In this document: in pieces, positions 38,195 through 50,937 of the stretch | Layout of the letters: each line of letters starts with the position of its first letter | Position numbering within the stretch: the first letter of the stretch is position 1 | Origin: Pristiophorus japonicus | Taxonomy: Eukaryota | Length of the DNA stretch: 64,000 nt | Assembly: GCF_044704955.1 (NCBI RefSeq) | Contig: NC_091987.1 | Span: 200,074,001 to 200,138,000, forward strand | Reading direction: 5' to 3' | Program-made: the position numbers and the translations under genes | The notes under the pieces: generated by a model | The model's input: the letters and a program-made list of their open reading frames with translations, nothing else | The model's database searches: none | Told to the model about the DNA's origin: nothing

Positions 38195-38378
38195 TACGAC
38201 AATCTGGTAGTTTCATGGTCACCATTACTGATACTAGCTGTTTTTTTTAAATTCCAGATTCATTAATTAACTGAATTTAAATTCCCCAGCTGCTGTGGTG
38301 GGATTTGAACTCATATCGCAAGATCATTATTCCAGGCCTCTGGATTACTAGTCTAGTAACACTATGCTACCATTCCCA
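38195..38378 (-). mobile_element. HE1-like SINE head (preceded by a short RTE tail at 38156-38195)
   Basis: Minus strand gtagcatagtgttactagactagtaatccagagg..gagttcaaatcccaccacagcagc (box A/B-like). Confidence 0.65.
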
Positions 38379-38517
38379 TTTTATTAGGTTTTATAAGGTT
38401 TCAGATGGTTTTAAAAGGTTTGAAACGTTTTAAAAAATAATTTCAATGTAAAAGACTGAGAGAAATGTATGTGGGCGGGGCTTGGTTTTGACAGATTTTG
38501 TGGGCGTGTCTTCCCTT

Positions 38518-39005
38518 CATCATCATCATCATCATCATCATCATAGGCAGTCCCTCGCAATCGGGGAAGACTTGCTTCCACCCTAAAAATTAGTTCTCAG
38601 GAGACTGTACAGTCCAATATGGAAATTACAGTCTCTGTGATAAGGTGAGACAGACAGTGGTTCAAGGAAAGGATGGGTGGGTAGTCTGGTTTTCTGCACG
38701 CTCTTTCCGCTGTCTGCACTTGGTTTCTGCATGCTCTCGGCGATGAGGCATGTAGTGGTAGGAGGTTTAGAGGGCATTTGAAGGGGAATTTCTTCACCCA
38801 AAGGGTTGTGAGGGTCTGGAACTCACTGCCTAAAAGGGTGGTAGAGGCACACTTAAAAAGTATTTGGATGTGCACTTGAAGTGCCGTAACTACAGGGCTA
38901 CGGACCAAGAGCTGGAAAGTGAGATTAGGCTGGATAGCGCTCTGTTGGCTGGCACGGACACGATGGGCCAAAATGTCCTCCTTCCGTGCTGCAACTTTCT
39001 ATGAT
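38518..39005. mobile_element. RTE 3' end (minus, to ~38750) joined to a CR1 3' end (plus)
   Basis: (cat)n-aggcagtccctcg tail; then ttcttcacccaaagggttgtgagggtctggaactcactgcc..ttctatgat. Confidence 0.8.
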
Positions 39006-40685
39006 TACACCTGAGCAGGCCTAAAGGTACTGCGTTATGTGTCACGTAATTGCCTGCATGTTTGCAGAGGTGTTCCAGGTCTCGAAGGAAGCCAGGACAC
39101 CAGATAGGGTGGCCAGCATAACCTAACTGTGTGCACATAGGTCTCTACACATTGAAACTCCCACATATCTATCTACTGGTGCATATTTGAGCCCTTAACC
39201 TACGAACATACGAACAATGACGGACAGGTAAAGACCATCTAGTCCACCGAGCTTGTCCCACACCATCGCGATACCGAGTGTATCACAATATATACACTCC
39301 ACCCCACCCAAGACCATGTGTTCTCCTGGGAAGAGGCAAAAAAATAGATAAAAAACCCAGGACAATTTGGGAAATTCCTCTCTGACCCATCTTGGCGATC
39401 GAAACTAGTTCAGGAGATCACTCTGACCATTAAATTCTCTGCAGTACCTACCTTCTGTAAGAGGTGCTCTCGGCCGCAGCCAGAAAACAAATCCTGTTAG
39501 AGAATGCACCTGTAAGTATGTAGGGGATTGTTTCACATCATATTTACAGCACAGAAACAGGTCACTCACCCCAACAGGTCCATGCTGGTATTTATGGAGA
39601 TGGTAACCTGGTGTCTTTCCCAATCAGTTTTCCCCCCCACCTCTACTGAAGGCAGTGTTGGTCGTCTGAAGGGCATTCTCCATGTATGTGCCCAAACTGT
39701 GAGGTGTATTATTTGACCATGGAAGGCAACATAGCCGAGTAGATCTGTCATCATTCACAATCCTTCCAGCAGGGAATCACTGCACAACAGTCAGGAAAGA
39801 TTTGACTGAATTTCCCCCTCTGCAGCCCCAGGATGCTGCGGTCAATTAGAAGTGCACTCACTGTTCTCTGGTACAGCTCAGCACAGACCAAGGAACAGAT
39901 CCCGTGATCTTTCCGATCGGCAAGACTCAGCATTACACCCTGCAGTGCATTTTCCCTCATTGTTACTGAGTGGAATGATGCTTTTATATACAGAAATCCT
40001 GATAAAGTGCGTGTCTCCCTCTGTTGGCTACACTGGATAGTATAAACCACCCCCCACCCCCCCATACATGGGGAAACAAGTGACATTATAGACACGTGAA
40101 AATGTGAGTCTATGAATGTACCGTGGATTCAGAGAGCTGGTTTTGTGACATGTGGGGCTCCAGTCCCCTGTTTGCCCACTGATAGAGATACTGGGTAACT
40201 CAGTGCCACAGCAGAGCCTAGCACCCAACGTGAAAATAAAAGGGGGTGGGGTGGCATGGGAGGGAGGCAGTGTGGGGGCGGAATGGCAGGTGGATGACAG
40301 ACAGGAACCAACCGGGTCACCTGAAGTAAACTTGGATGTATCTCGATCCAGTTAAAAGGAAAGACTTGCATTTATATAGCACCTTTCATGACCACCAGAT
40401 GACCTGAAGCGCTTTGCAGCCTGTGAAGTACTTTTTGAAAAGTAGTCATTGTCGTAATGTAGGAAACATGGCAGCCAGTTTTGCGCACAGCAAGCTCCCA
40501 CAAACAGCATATCTGCTTTTTGTGATATTGGTTGAGGGGCACTGGGGAGAACTATCCTTATAACAAGGAAGTAACAGTCAGTAGGTTATCTAAATGTGGA
40601 CAAGATGAAACCCTTAACTTTTGTTATGTAAGGATATCAAAGCGCGAAAGACAGACGTGGATTTATATAGCGCTTTTCACAACCT

Positions 40686-43600
40686 CATCATCATCATCAT
40701 AGGCAGTCCCTCGGAATCGAGGAAGACTTGTTTCCACTCCTAAAATGAGTTCTTTGGAATTTTCCTGCAGTTGTCATGCTGCAAAGATCATGTCCGTTGT
40801 TCCCCGTAGGGGACGAAATCCGCACTGTGACTCTAGGAGGAGTCCCTCGGCCACAGGGAGAAGTCGGTTGAGGAGGACTCTAGCGACAACCTTCCCAGTG
40901 GTTGATAGCAGGGAGATTCCCCTGTAGTTGCCACAGTTGGATTTGTTCCCCTTTTTAAAGATAGTCACAATCACTGCATCACTGAGATCCCCCGGCATGC
41001 TCTCCTCCCTCCAAATGAGAGAGATGAGGTCATGTATCCACGCCAACAGCACCTCTCCGCCATATTTTAGCGCCCCAGCAGGAATTCCATCCGCACCCGT
41101 AGCCTTGTTATTCTTGAGCTGTTTTATGGCTTTGCCTACCTCATGCAGCATTGGGGTCTCACTGAGGTGGTGGCAGGTTGCATGCTGCGGGATGGAGTTG
41201 AGAACACTCGAGTCAAAGGCAGAGTCTCGATTGCGGAGATCTTCAAAGTGCTCCTTCCAGCGGGCCCTGACAGCCTCGGTGTCCTTGATGAGTGTTTCCA
41301 TATTCTTGGCCAGGAGCGGGGTGGGGCCTTGGGAGTTTGGACCGTAGGTGGCCTTGACTGCAGTGAAGAATCCTCGTATGTCATGGCTGTCAGATAGTTG
41401 TTCTATCTCCTGTGCTTTCTCCATCCACCACCTGTTCTTTAGGTCCCAGGTTTTTTGTTGGACCTCAGCCTTGAGCCGTCTGCAATGTTGCTTTGTAGCT
41501 CCCGAGTTGGGTTGTTGCTTGAGGCTCAGAAATGCTCTGCGCTTACGATCTATTAGTTCTTGGATCTCCTGATCGTTTTCTTCAAACCAGTACTGGTGTT
41601 TTCTGGTTGAGCAACTAAGTGTCTCTTCATAGGCACAGGTTATGGAGGTCTGGAGGGCAGACCAAGCACTGTGGGCATTGAGTATCTTAGGTTCATCGAG
41701 GCACGCTAGATTGGCTGCGAGGCGCTGGCTGTATAGGGCTCTCTTAGCTGGGTCTTTAAGTGCCCCAGTATTAACTTTTTTGCGGCACTGTTTCTGCTGT
41801 CCCCTCTGCTTTGGGGCTATGTTAATATTGATGATGGATCGGATTAGACGATGGTCCGTCCAGCAGTCGTCAGCTCCTGTTATGGCGCGGGTGATGCGCA
41901 CATCCTTGCGATACCTGGCTCGGAAAATGACATAGTCCAGCTGGTGCCAGTGTTTGGAGCGAGGGTGTTGCCACGATGCCTTGTATTTGTCCCTCTGGCG
42001 GAACAGGGTGTTGGGGATGAGAAGTTCATGTTCTAGACATTTTGTCAGGAGTAGGGTACCGCTGGAGTTGGCTTTCCCTACCCCTCTCTGCCAATCACGC
42101 CTCCCCAGAGGGCTGTGTCTTTGCCAATCCTGGCATTAAAGTTACCTAGGAGGATCAATTTGTCGCCCATGGAAACACGGGACAGGGATGTCTCGAGGTT
42201 GGAATAAAAATCCTCTTTAGCCTCATCCATTGCATCAAGTGTTGGGGCGTACGCACTGATGACTGTGGCGCATTGGGTCCAGGATAGGGTAAAGCGAAGG
42301 GTTATGAGGCGTTCGTTAACGTCTTTGAGGCGTCCGACCAGTTAATTTTTGGCGGTGAAGCCAACTCCATGAAGGTGGCATTCTTCCTCTGGTTTTCCTT
42401 TCCAGATAAAGGTATAACCTCCACCATGTTCCTTGAGCTGGCCTTTCCCTGCCTGCCCAGTCTCGTTTAGGGCGGCGATGTCGATGTCAAAGCGTCTAAG
42501 TTCCCAGGCAACTATGGCGGTGCGGCATTCTGGTCTCCCGCTGTTGGAGTTGTCCATTAGGGTCCTGATGTTCCAGGTCCCGAGCTTCGTATTAGATGAG
42601 TGGAAGATGCCTGTGCATGAATTCTTTTAACGTGGGGTGGTCGTTACACACCGACCACCACGCAGGCTTAGCCGAGCAAGGTCTTGGTCCAGTGGCAAGG
42701 GGGTCCAAGATGACTGGAGACCAGGCACTGCTGTATGAGCCTAGTTGCCTACGGTGAGATGTTGGCCACAAGCTCGGCGCTAAGTAGCGCCCTTGATGGT
42801 AGGTGACCTGCTACTTGGTTGAAAGCAGACATTGAGAGGGTCAGCAGTCTGCTGGAGTTCAGTCTGGAAGGTCAGGGTGTTCACAGCCATGGTACTCACC
42901 ACGTGCTGGGGGAGAAGAGGCCAGGTCATCAGTGGGGAAGGAGAGACCCAGTCGTCATTGAAGGGGAGGAGGCCCGATCACCGTTGAGGAGGTGAGGTCC
43001 AGCTGCCATTGAAGGAGGAAGGGAGGTCAGCCATCATCGCTGAACAGGACGAGGCCCAATCGCCGCTGAGTAGAATAGGCCCAGCCGCCGTCGCTGGAGG
43101 AGGCCCGATCTCCGCTGGAGGAGGCCCGGTTGTCGTTGGGAATGGTCGATCGTCGTTGGAGGGGTGGAGGCCCGATTGTCGCTGGAGGGGGTCCGATCGC
43201 TGTTGGAGAGGCCCATTCGCTGTTGGAGGGCCCCATTGACGTTAGAGGAGGCCCGATCGCTGTTGGGGGGGGGGGGGGTCCGACCATCACTGGAGGGGAT
43301 CCGATCACCGTTGGAGGGGCCCGTTCACCGTTGGAGGGTTCGCATCACCATTGGAGGGGCCCGATCGCCATTGGAGGGGGTCCGATTGTTGCTGGAGGGG
43401 GTCCGATTGTCATTGGTATGGCCCATTCACCATTGGAGCGGGTCCGATCGCCGTTGGAGGGGCCTGATCGCCTGGTCGGAGGCTCACCTGGTTCATCAGG
43501 CGTCGTCGAGGATCGGGGATCGAGTGGGGCAGCTGATTCGACGTCGAAGGAGGAGGTCGCCAGAGAAGGTCGCCGAAGGAGGGAAGAGGTCCAGGCCCAG

Positions 43601-43916
43601 GTGGCTGCTGCAGGGGGCTCGTTCATCGCCAGTAGTCCGGTCGTCGTCATCGTCGTCGATGAGTGGTGTGGAGTTTAGGAGGGAAGGTTCGCGCCCGAGG
43701 TAGGCCCGAATTTATGAGGATTGTAGGATTAGGGTTTAAGGTAAAGTTTAAGAAAATGTACCCCTATTAGGGTCTATTAAGGCCAGGGAAAGTTTAGACA
43801 GTAGGAGGGGAGGAGGCTGAGAGTGAAAAGTTGTTAGATGGTGCAAGATTGTAAGGTTAGATTTGTTTTGTCAGGGGAGCTCCCAGGGAGCTGCAACCCC
43901 AGCGGCCATCTTGTCA
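40686..43916 (-). mobile_element. RTE LINE with a long repeat-containing 5' leader and an internal deletion of the RT core/C-terminus
   Basis: KLGTWNIRTLMDNS start near 42590; EN and RT-start ORFs 42342-42557 and 40774-41901; 3' tail fused at ~40760. Assignment of 42790-43916 as its leader is inferred. Confidence 0.8.
43050..43470. repeat. Degenerate ~21-bp GC-rich tandem repeat
   Basis: Unit like ggcccgatcgccgttggaggg; explains the low-complexity G/P-rich ORFs here. Confidence 0.85.
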
Positions 43917-43924
43917 CCAGTTGT

Positions 43925-43996
43925 GTGATGGTGATCCAGTGGTAAGTATGGTTTCCTTCCAAGCAGTTGACCTGGGTCCGATTCCCAGCCATCACA
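43925..43996 (+). tRNA. tRNA-Gly(TCC) pseudogene
   Basis: 72 nt; acceptor GTGATGG/CCATCAC+A; anticodon loop CT-TCC-AA; T arm CTGGG/CCCAG; resembles vertebrate tRNA-Gly-TCC, but the T-loop is TCCGATT and the anticodon and D stems carry mismatches. Confidence 0.8.
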
Positions 43997-44569
43997 TCTC
44001 TTACTTTCTACTTGAGGATGAAATGAGGATGAAACAGTTCTTACAATAGCATCTCATGGCTTTTGTTTAGCAACCTGATTTGCCAAGTGCCACGTACGAA
44101 TGCTTGTAATGCAAAGTCTATGTGTCATCAATCTGTCACAATATACTGGCGACACTTCTACCCAAATTCACACTTTGAGCTCTCACTGTCCAAAGACATC
44201 AATGTTGGAGCTGGGCTCAGACCCTGGGAGTCAAGCAGCAGAGTTTCAGAGGCTTTAACAACATCAGTGAGTTTTTTTCCAGTTAAATTCTGGGGAATTG
44301 CTCCCATCACGTGACTCCTGAATAAAGGCCTGGGTGGAGCCGCCGCCATTGTGCCCAGTGAGAGAGAGTTGCCCCTTGAAATCTGTAATCTCCTCTAACC
44401 CCCGAGATCTCTGCTGTGAACCCTGTAAATTGCTGATTCCCCACTGGGAAGCCAGTCTGATTGACAGGTTTGTCTCCTTGTTGGACAGGGAAGTTCTCCA
44501 GAAAAGGATCAGATATGGATGGATTTTGGCAAATTGTGCAGAGATGTCCTGCTCCAGGGATCCTGTGAG

Positions 44570-44982
44570 TTCCTTTCACAACCACCAGATGTCTCAAAGC
44601 ACATGATAGCCAATGAAGTACTTTTGTAGTGTAATGAAGGAAATGCAGCAGCCAATTTGTGCACAGTAAGGTCCCACAAACAGCAATGTGATAATAATCT
44701 GTTTTTTTGTATGATGATTGAGAGATAAATATTGGTCCTGGACACCAGGGTTCACTCCTGTGTTCTTGTTCATAATAGTGCAATAGGTTCTTTTGCATCC
44801 ACCAGAGAGAGCAGACAGGGCCTCAATTTAACATCTTATCCAAAGACAGCACCTCCGACAATGCAGCACTCCCTCAGAGTGCCAGCCGAGATTTTTTTTG
44901 TGCTCAAGACCCTGAAGTGGGACTTGAACCCACAACCTTTGGGCTCAGAGACGAGTGTGCTACCCACTGAGCCACAGCTGAC
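44570..44982 (-). mobile_element. SacSINE1/DeuSINE-like SINE
   Basis: Head cagctgtggctcagtgggtagcacactcgtctctgag..gggttcaagtccc; homologous to 46190-46655. Confidence 0.8.
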
Positions 44983-46189
44983 ACTGGATATGGAGCTAAG
45001 GCAGGTAAGTGGTGTTGAGGCACAGATCAGCTGTGATCTAACTGAATGGCGGAGCTGGCTCGAGGGGTTGAATGGCCCACCCTTGTTCCCATGCTCCCGA
45101 CAAGAGGGACAGCACTGCCAGGCCAATTTTGCAGCATTGAAGCTTGCCTCTGTTTTACTTTCTGCAACGTTGCTGCCAAACTGCTACTTCAGCACTCGGA
45201 AGACTGGAACAGGTGACTGGATCAAGCCGACATCACTGTGTGGAAAAACAACAAGTGCTCAGATCCCTGCGGCTTACCCTGAAGTCAGTTGCAGATTTAG
45301 TGCTGAGCTGAGGTTGTGATATCATCGCCCTATAGCCAGGTGCTCAAAATGTGCCCCAGATGGGCATTTAATTGAGTTGCCGAGGTCAGAGCTCCACGCG
45401 TATTACTGTAATAAGGGCGGTGAGGGAAGATGAAGTCACATCCTTCCACCGTGAAGCATGGTTATTTTGAAACAAATTGGAAACACATCCCTCTCCACTC
45501 ACAGGCTTCTTTTTAACTCAACTCCAGTGGACGGATGGTGTAATATTTTTCTTGTGGTCACGTCCAGGGGAGCTGGAGTGGGTGGAAGGGGGGTGGGGAG
45601 GCAGAGGGGGAATTGGGCTTTGAATATGCGGGTGTCTACAGGGAGTTTACTGAAGGGCAGCAGAGTCAGGTTTCCCACAAATTTTGCTCTCTAATTGAAT
45701 TCTGGCACAGTTACAGCCATTAATTTTACTGTGTTTTGTTTTTAATTCTCCCTTCCCCCACTTAACATTTGGAGGTTTAAGTTCTAGAAATAATCTCCGG
45801 GGCAAAAAGTAAAGGAGAAATGAATGGCAATAGTTAAAAGGAAAATAGATATTAAAAGACGCATTAAAGAATGAAACGTTCATGTCTGTGATCCGGCGAT
45901 GATGGTTTAATGTCCTGATTCAACCTCAGATTTGCATGCTAGTTTTGACTAGACTGATGAATGCTTGGAATATTTAATGTATCAGATCTCACTGGTCTCT
46001 CAAACTCCAAGAGGACCCAAAACCGACGTGGGGTCCTAATCATGAAATACTCTTGAATCACTCACATCTAAAAAAATTAGTTTCTCATGAGACAATATTC
46101 TTCCACTTACCTTGGTCCCTTGTGTGCCCTTTCTAGTTTAAAAAAAAACATTGCGCCTTTTCTTCACTTTGTAGTTGTCCCCAGTAAAG

Positions 46190-46607
46190 AAAGATTTACA
46201 TTTATATAGCGCCTTTCACATCCATCGGACATCTCAAAGTGCTCAACAGCCAATGATGTACTTTGAGAGTGTAGTCGCTGTTGTAATGTCGGAAACACAG
46301 CAGCCAATTTACACATAGCAAGCTTCCTCACACAGCAATGTGATAATGGCCAGGTAATCTGTCTTTTTGTTATGTTGATTGAGGGATAAATATTGGCCAG
46401 GACACCAGGGATAACTCCCCTGCTCATCTTCGACATAGTGCCACAGGATCTTTTACATCCACTTAAATCGAGGCTCCGTCTGCTCTCTTAATATTTCATC
46501 CGAAAGACGGCACCTCCAACAGTGTAGGTTCCCACAGTACTGCAATGGGACTGTCAGCCTAGATTTTTTGTGCTCAAGTCCTTGGAGTGGGACTATGAAC
46601 CCACAAA

Positions 46608-46642
<35 letters not shown>

Positions 46643-46653
46643 TCACAGCTGAC
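46190..46653 (-). mobile_element. SacSINE1/DeuSINE-like SINE, near full length
   Basis: tRNA-like head with A/B boxes, central conserved body, L2-type tail gaaaggcgctatataaatg. Confidence 0.8.
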
Positions 46654-46764
46654 AGTACAATAATTTTTTTAAAGATCACTCATGATTTATGCAACAGTTT
46701 TTTGAGAAGATGTTATTAGCAGATTCAGATACTACTGGCCATCGCAGCAAAATCTATGGACCAT

Positions 46765-47365
46765 CTGGCGAGTGACTCACCTCCTGACTCCCCAAAGCCT
46801 TTCCGCCACCTGCAAGGCACAAGTCAGCAGTGTGATGAAATACTCTCCACTTGCCTGGATGCGTGCAGTTCCAACAACACTCAAGAAGCTTGACACTATC
46901 TGGGACAAAGCATCCTGCTTGATCAGCACCCCACCCACCATCTTAAACATTCACTCACTCCCCTACCAGCCCAACATGGCTGCAGTGTGTATTATCTATA
47001 AGATGCACTGCAGCAACTTGCCAAGGCTGCTTTGACAGCATCTCCCAAACCCACGACCTCTACTACCTAGAAGGGCAAGGGCAATAGGCGCATGGGAACA
47101 CCACCTCCAAGTTCCCCCCCTCGCCCCCCATTCCCCTCCCCCAAGTCATATACCTGCCTGACTTGGAAATATATCATCATTCCTTCATCGTCGCCGGGTC
47201 AAAATTCTGGAACTCCCTCCCTAACAGCACTGTGGGAGTTCCTTCACCACACGGACTGCAGCAGTTCAAGCAGGCAGCTCACCACCACCTTCTCAAGGGC
47301 AATTAGGGATGAACAATAAATGTCGGCCTTGCCAGCGACGCCCACATCCCGTGAATGAATTTTAA
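46765..47365 (+). mobile_element. HER1-like (CR1 clade) LINE 3' fragment
   Basis: KAQVSSVMKYSPLAW..TTLKKLD motif; tail caccaccttctcaagggcaattagggatg..cccacatcccgtgaatgaat. Confidence 0.8.
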
Positions 47366-48102
47366 AAAATTAAACCCATGTAGATTTTCCATATGAGTTG
47401 ATCATCATTTTTTTCATTGTTACAAGCTGGCGTCACATTTCAACTCATCCATCAATTGGTGCTGAAGCAGGGAGTCATGGACTACCCGGCTCAAACAAGT
47501 ATTATGAGCTGAACATGTGACCTGCTAATAGAATCATCCTAATCTTGATGACCAGCGTTGGTTAATAGGTACTGTAGCTTCATTATTAATGGGCGGTAAG
47601 GGACCTCAATGTAGGATAGGGTAAAAGACTGTGAACAGGAGTATCTTCCTCCAGCTATGACAGCTGTTCTCTTGCAGTTATATAGCTGAGAAAAAAGTGG
47701 GCTTTTTAACAGGAACCACTGCATGCCTGTGGCAACCATTAGGAAACAAGAAAGAGAAACAGGCTTTTGGCATTCGCTGTCGCACACATGCAGTGTAGTC
47801 GCACGGCCTGACACACAGATAGATGCACTTTACCTGAGCTAGGTGCTCATTTTAAAGGTTCAGAATGCTGCAGATTCAGAAGTTGATTTACTTTCACTTA
47901 TTTTTAAGAAAAACATACGGCTGCGGGGGTGTGGGGTGGGAAATGGAAATCACCGAGCCGCAAAGCGGGCAGCACAACCCGAGAGTCCGGGGACCGGGAG
48001 CACCGGCCGGTATTCACGACAGGGCCTCATTAACATCAAAGTTCCAGGGGTCCCACCCGACATGCGGACAGATCCACTACCTGGCCGGTGGGCCGGAGCC
48101 AC

Positions 48103-48785
48103 CATCATCATAGGCAGTCCCTCGAAATCGAGGAAGGCTTGCTTCCACTCTAAAAGTGAGTTCTCAGGTGACTGTACAGTCCAATATGGGAATTACAGTC
48201 CCTGTCACAGGTGGGGCAGACAGTGGTGAAGGAAAGGGTGGGTGGGGAGCCTGGGTTTGCCGCACGCTCTTTCCGCTGCCTGCGCCTGGTTTCTGCATGC
48301 TCTTAGCGTCGAGACTCGAGGTGCTCAGCGCCCTCCCGGATGCTCTTCTCCAACTTTGGGTGGTCTTTGGCCAGGGACTCCCAGGTGTCAGTGGGGATGT
48401 TGCACTTAATCAAGGAGGCTTTGAGTGTGTCCTTGAAACGTTTCCTCTGCCCACCGGGGGCTCGCTTGCCGTGTAGAAGTTCTGAGTAGAGCGCTTGCTT
48501 TGGGAGTCTCGTGTCTGGCATGCGAACAATGTGGCCTGCCCAACGGAGCTGGTCGAGTGTGGTCAGTGCTTCAATGCTGGGGATGTTGGCCTGATCGAGG
48601 ATACTAACATTGGTGCATCTGTCCTCCCAGGGGATTTGCAGAATCTTGCGGAGACATCATTGGTGCTATTTCTCCAGCGATTTGAGGTGTCTACTGTATA
48701 TGGTCCACGTCTCTGAGCCATACAGGAGGGTGGGTATCACTACAGCCCTGCAGACCATGAGCTTGGTGGCAGATTTGAGCAGCAA
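48103..48785 (-). mobile_element. RTE LINE 3' fragment
   Basis: RAVVIPTLLYGSETWT, MPDTRLPKQALYSEL, (cat)n tail. Confidence 0.92.
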
Positions 48786-49107
48786 ACTAGTGGCAGGGGA
48801 CGGCAGCCGGGGACTCACGGGAACGGTCAGTGGGAGGACGGTTCTGGAGCTGATGTGATTGGGGGACGGGGCTGGGGAAGCCCAAGGACTATTTGCGGAG
48901 TACTGGGGCAGTGGGGGACACTCCTGCTCCTCCTGGTCCACATGGAGTTCTAATAGAACTTTATAAACTTACCATGGCCTCTTCTGGAGCCTCCCGCCTT
49001 GGTTCTACTGATGGGCTGCAGACATTGAGGACTCCTCCTGACTTTTAGTTAAGATTTCACCAGGGCGCTGATGATGTCAACTTTGAATGTTAACTAGGCC
49101 ACCACCG

Positions 49108-49372
49108 TGTAGTGGCAGCCTCCGGCCTGTAGTGGGTGCCTCCAGCTTGTAGTGGCAGCCTCCAGCCTGTAGTGGGTGCCTCCGGCCTGTAGTGGGTGCT
49201 TCGTCGCCGGCCTGTAGTGGCAGCCTTTCCGACCTGTAGTGGGTGCCTCTGGCCTGTAGTGGGAGCCTCGCCGCCGGCCTGCAGTGGCAGCCTCCAGCCT
49301 TAGTGGGTGCCTCTGGCCTGCAGTGGGTGCTTCTGGCCTGTAGTGGGTGCCTTTCCGGTCTGTAGTGGGAGC
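49108..49372. repeat. ~20-bp minisatellite
   Basis: Alternating units cctgtagtgggtgcctccgg and cctgtagtggcagcctccag. Confidence 0.9.
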
Positions 49373-49660
49373 CTCACCGACAGCACGAGCCATTAATATG
49401 ATGGCAGGCGGGAGCTGGGAGACAAAATGTTCACATTTTTACCCCTCGGATGACTCTTTCCTACTCTCAGTGGCGGGGGCAGGTGGGCAAAGGGTTAAAA
49501 TAGGGCCTATATTTCAGCGGGAAGCAGGAGAATTCTGGAGAGACAAAAAATACAACTGAGAGCTGTTGATTTCTGAGAGTTATCCACACAATCTTCATCA
49601 CATTTTCCTATTGACTTTATCTCTGTCTTGTCCATCATCCACCATAGGCTGTCCCTCAAA

Positions 49661-50937
49661 ACATAAGAATATAAGAACATAAGAACATAAGAATTAGGAA
49701 CAGGAGTAGGCCATCTAGCCCCTCGAGCCTGCTCCACCATTCAACAAGATCATGGCTGATCTGGCCGTGGACTCAGCTCCACTTACCTGCCCGCTCCCCG
49801 TAACCCTTAATTCCCTTCTTGGTTAAAAATCTATCTATCTGTGATTTGAATACATTCAATGAGCTAGCCTCAACTGCTTCTTGAGCAGAGAATTCCACAG
49901 ATTCACAACCCTCTGGGAGAAGAAATTCCTTCTCAACTCGGTTTTAAATTGGCTCCCCTGTATTTTGAGGCTGTGCCCCCTAGTTCTAGTCTCCCCGACC
50001 AGTGGAAACAACCTCTCTGCCTCTATCTTGTCTATCACTTTCATTATTTTGAATGTTTCTCTAAGATCACCCCTCATCCTTCTGAACTCCAATGAGTAAA
50101 GACCCAGTCTACTCAATCTATCATCATAAGGTAACCCCCTCATCTCCAGAAACAGCCTAGTGAATCGTCTCTGTACCCCCTCCAAAGCTAGTATATCCTT
50201 CCTTAAGTAAGGTGACCAAAACTGCACGCAGTACTCCAGGTGCGGCCTCACCAATACCCTGTACAGTTGCAGCAACACCTCCCTGCTTTTGTACTCCATC
50301 CCTCTCGCAATGAAGGCCAACATTCCATTCGCCTTCCTGATTAACTGCTGCACCTGCAAACTAACTTTTTGGTGTTCATGCACAAGGACCCCCAGGTCCC
50401 TCTGCACCGTAGCATGTTGTAATTTCTCCCCATTCAAATAATATTCCCTTTTACTGTTTTTTTTTCCAAGGTGGATGACCTCACATTTTCCGACATTGTA
50501 TTCCATCTGCCAAACCTTAGCCCATTCGCTTAACCTATCTAAATCTCTTTGCAGCCTCTCTGTGTCTTCTACACAACCCGCTTTCCCACTAATCATTGTG
50601 TCATCTGCAAATTTTGTTACACTACACTCTGTCCCCTCTTCCAGGTCATCTATGTATATTGTAAACAGCACCGATCCCTATGGCACACCACTAACCACCA
50701 ATTTCCAATCCGAAAAGGACCCATTTATCCCGACTCTCTGCTTTCTGTTAGCCAGCCAATTCTCGATTCATGCAAATACATTTCCTCCGACTCCGCGTAC
50801 CTTTATCTTCTGCAGTAACCTTTTGTGTGGCACCTTATCGAATGCCTTTTGGAAATCTAAATACACCACATCCATCGGTACAACTCTCTCCACCATGCTC
50901 ATTATATCCTCAAAGAATTCCAGTAAATTAGTTAAAC
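49661..50937 (-). mobile_element. 5'-truncated CR1 LINE (RT C-terminal half)
   Basis: ORF 49856-50671 with FADD; (aagaacat)n tail. Confidence 0.95.

Larger units (their letters stand above)
47920..49507. mobile_element. Degenerate MITE-like element carrying an RTE fragment and a minisatellite
   Basis: GC-rich subterminal blocks; right end gggttaaaatagggcc; left TIR not seen. Confidence 0.4.

Noticed and set aside
38518-39005. Third head-to-head retroelement junction
   Set aside because: The halves are from different clades (RTE and CR1) and no enclosing TSD is seen; likely independent insertions.
44071-44266. Plus-strand exon-like segment (ttttgtttAG ... GTGAGT, open frame)
   Set aside because: The peptide is unrecognised, it is on the opposite strand to the better candidates and has no partner exon; chance is plausible. 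Worth a BLAST.
46575-46653. tRNA-like sequences at 46575-46653 and 44905-44982
   Set aside because: They are SINE heads continuing into SINE bodies, not stand-alone cloverleafs.
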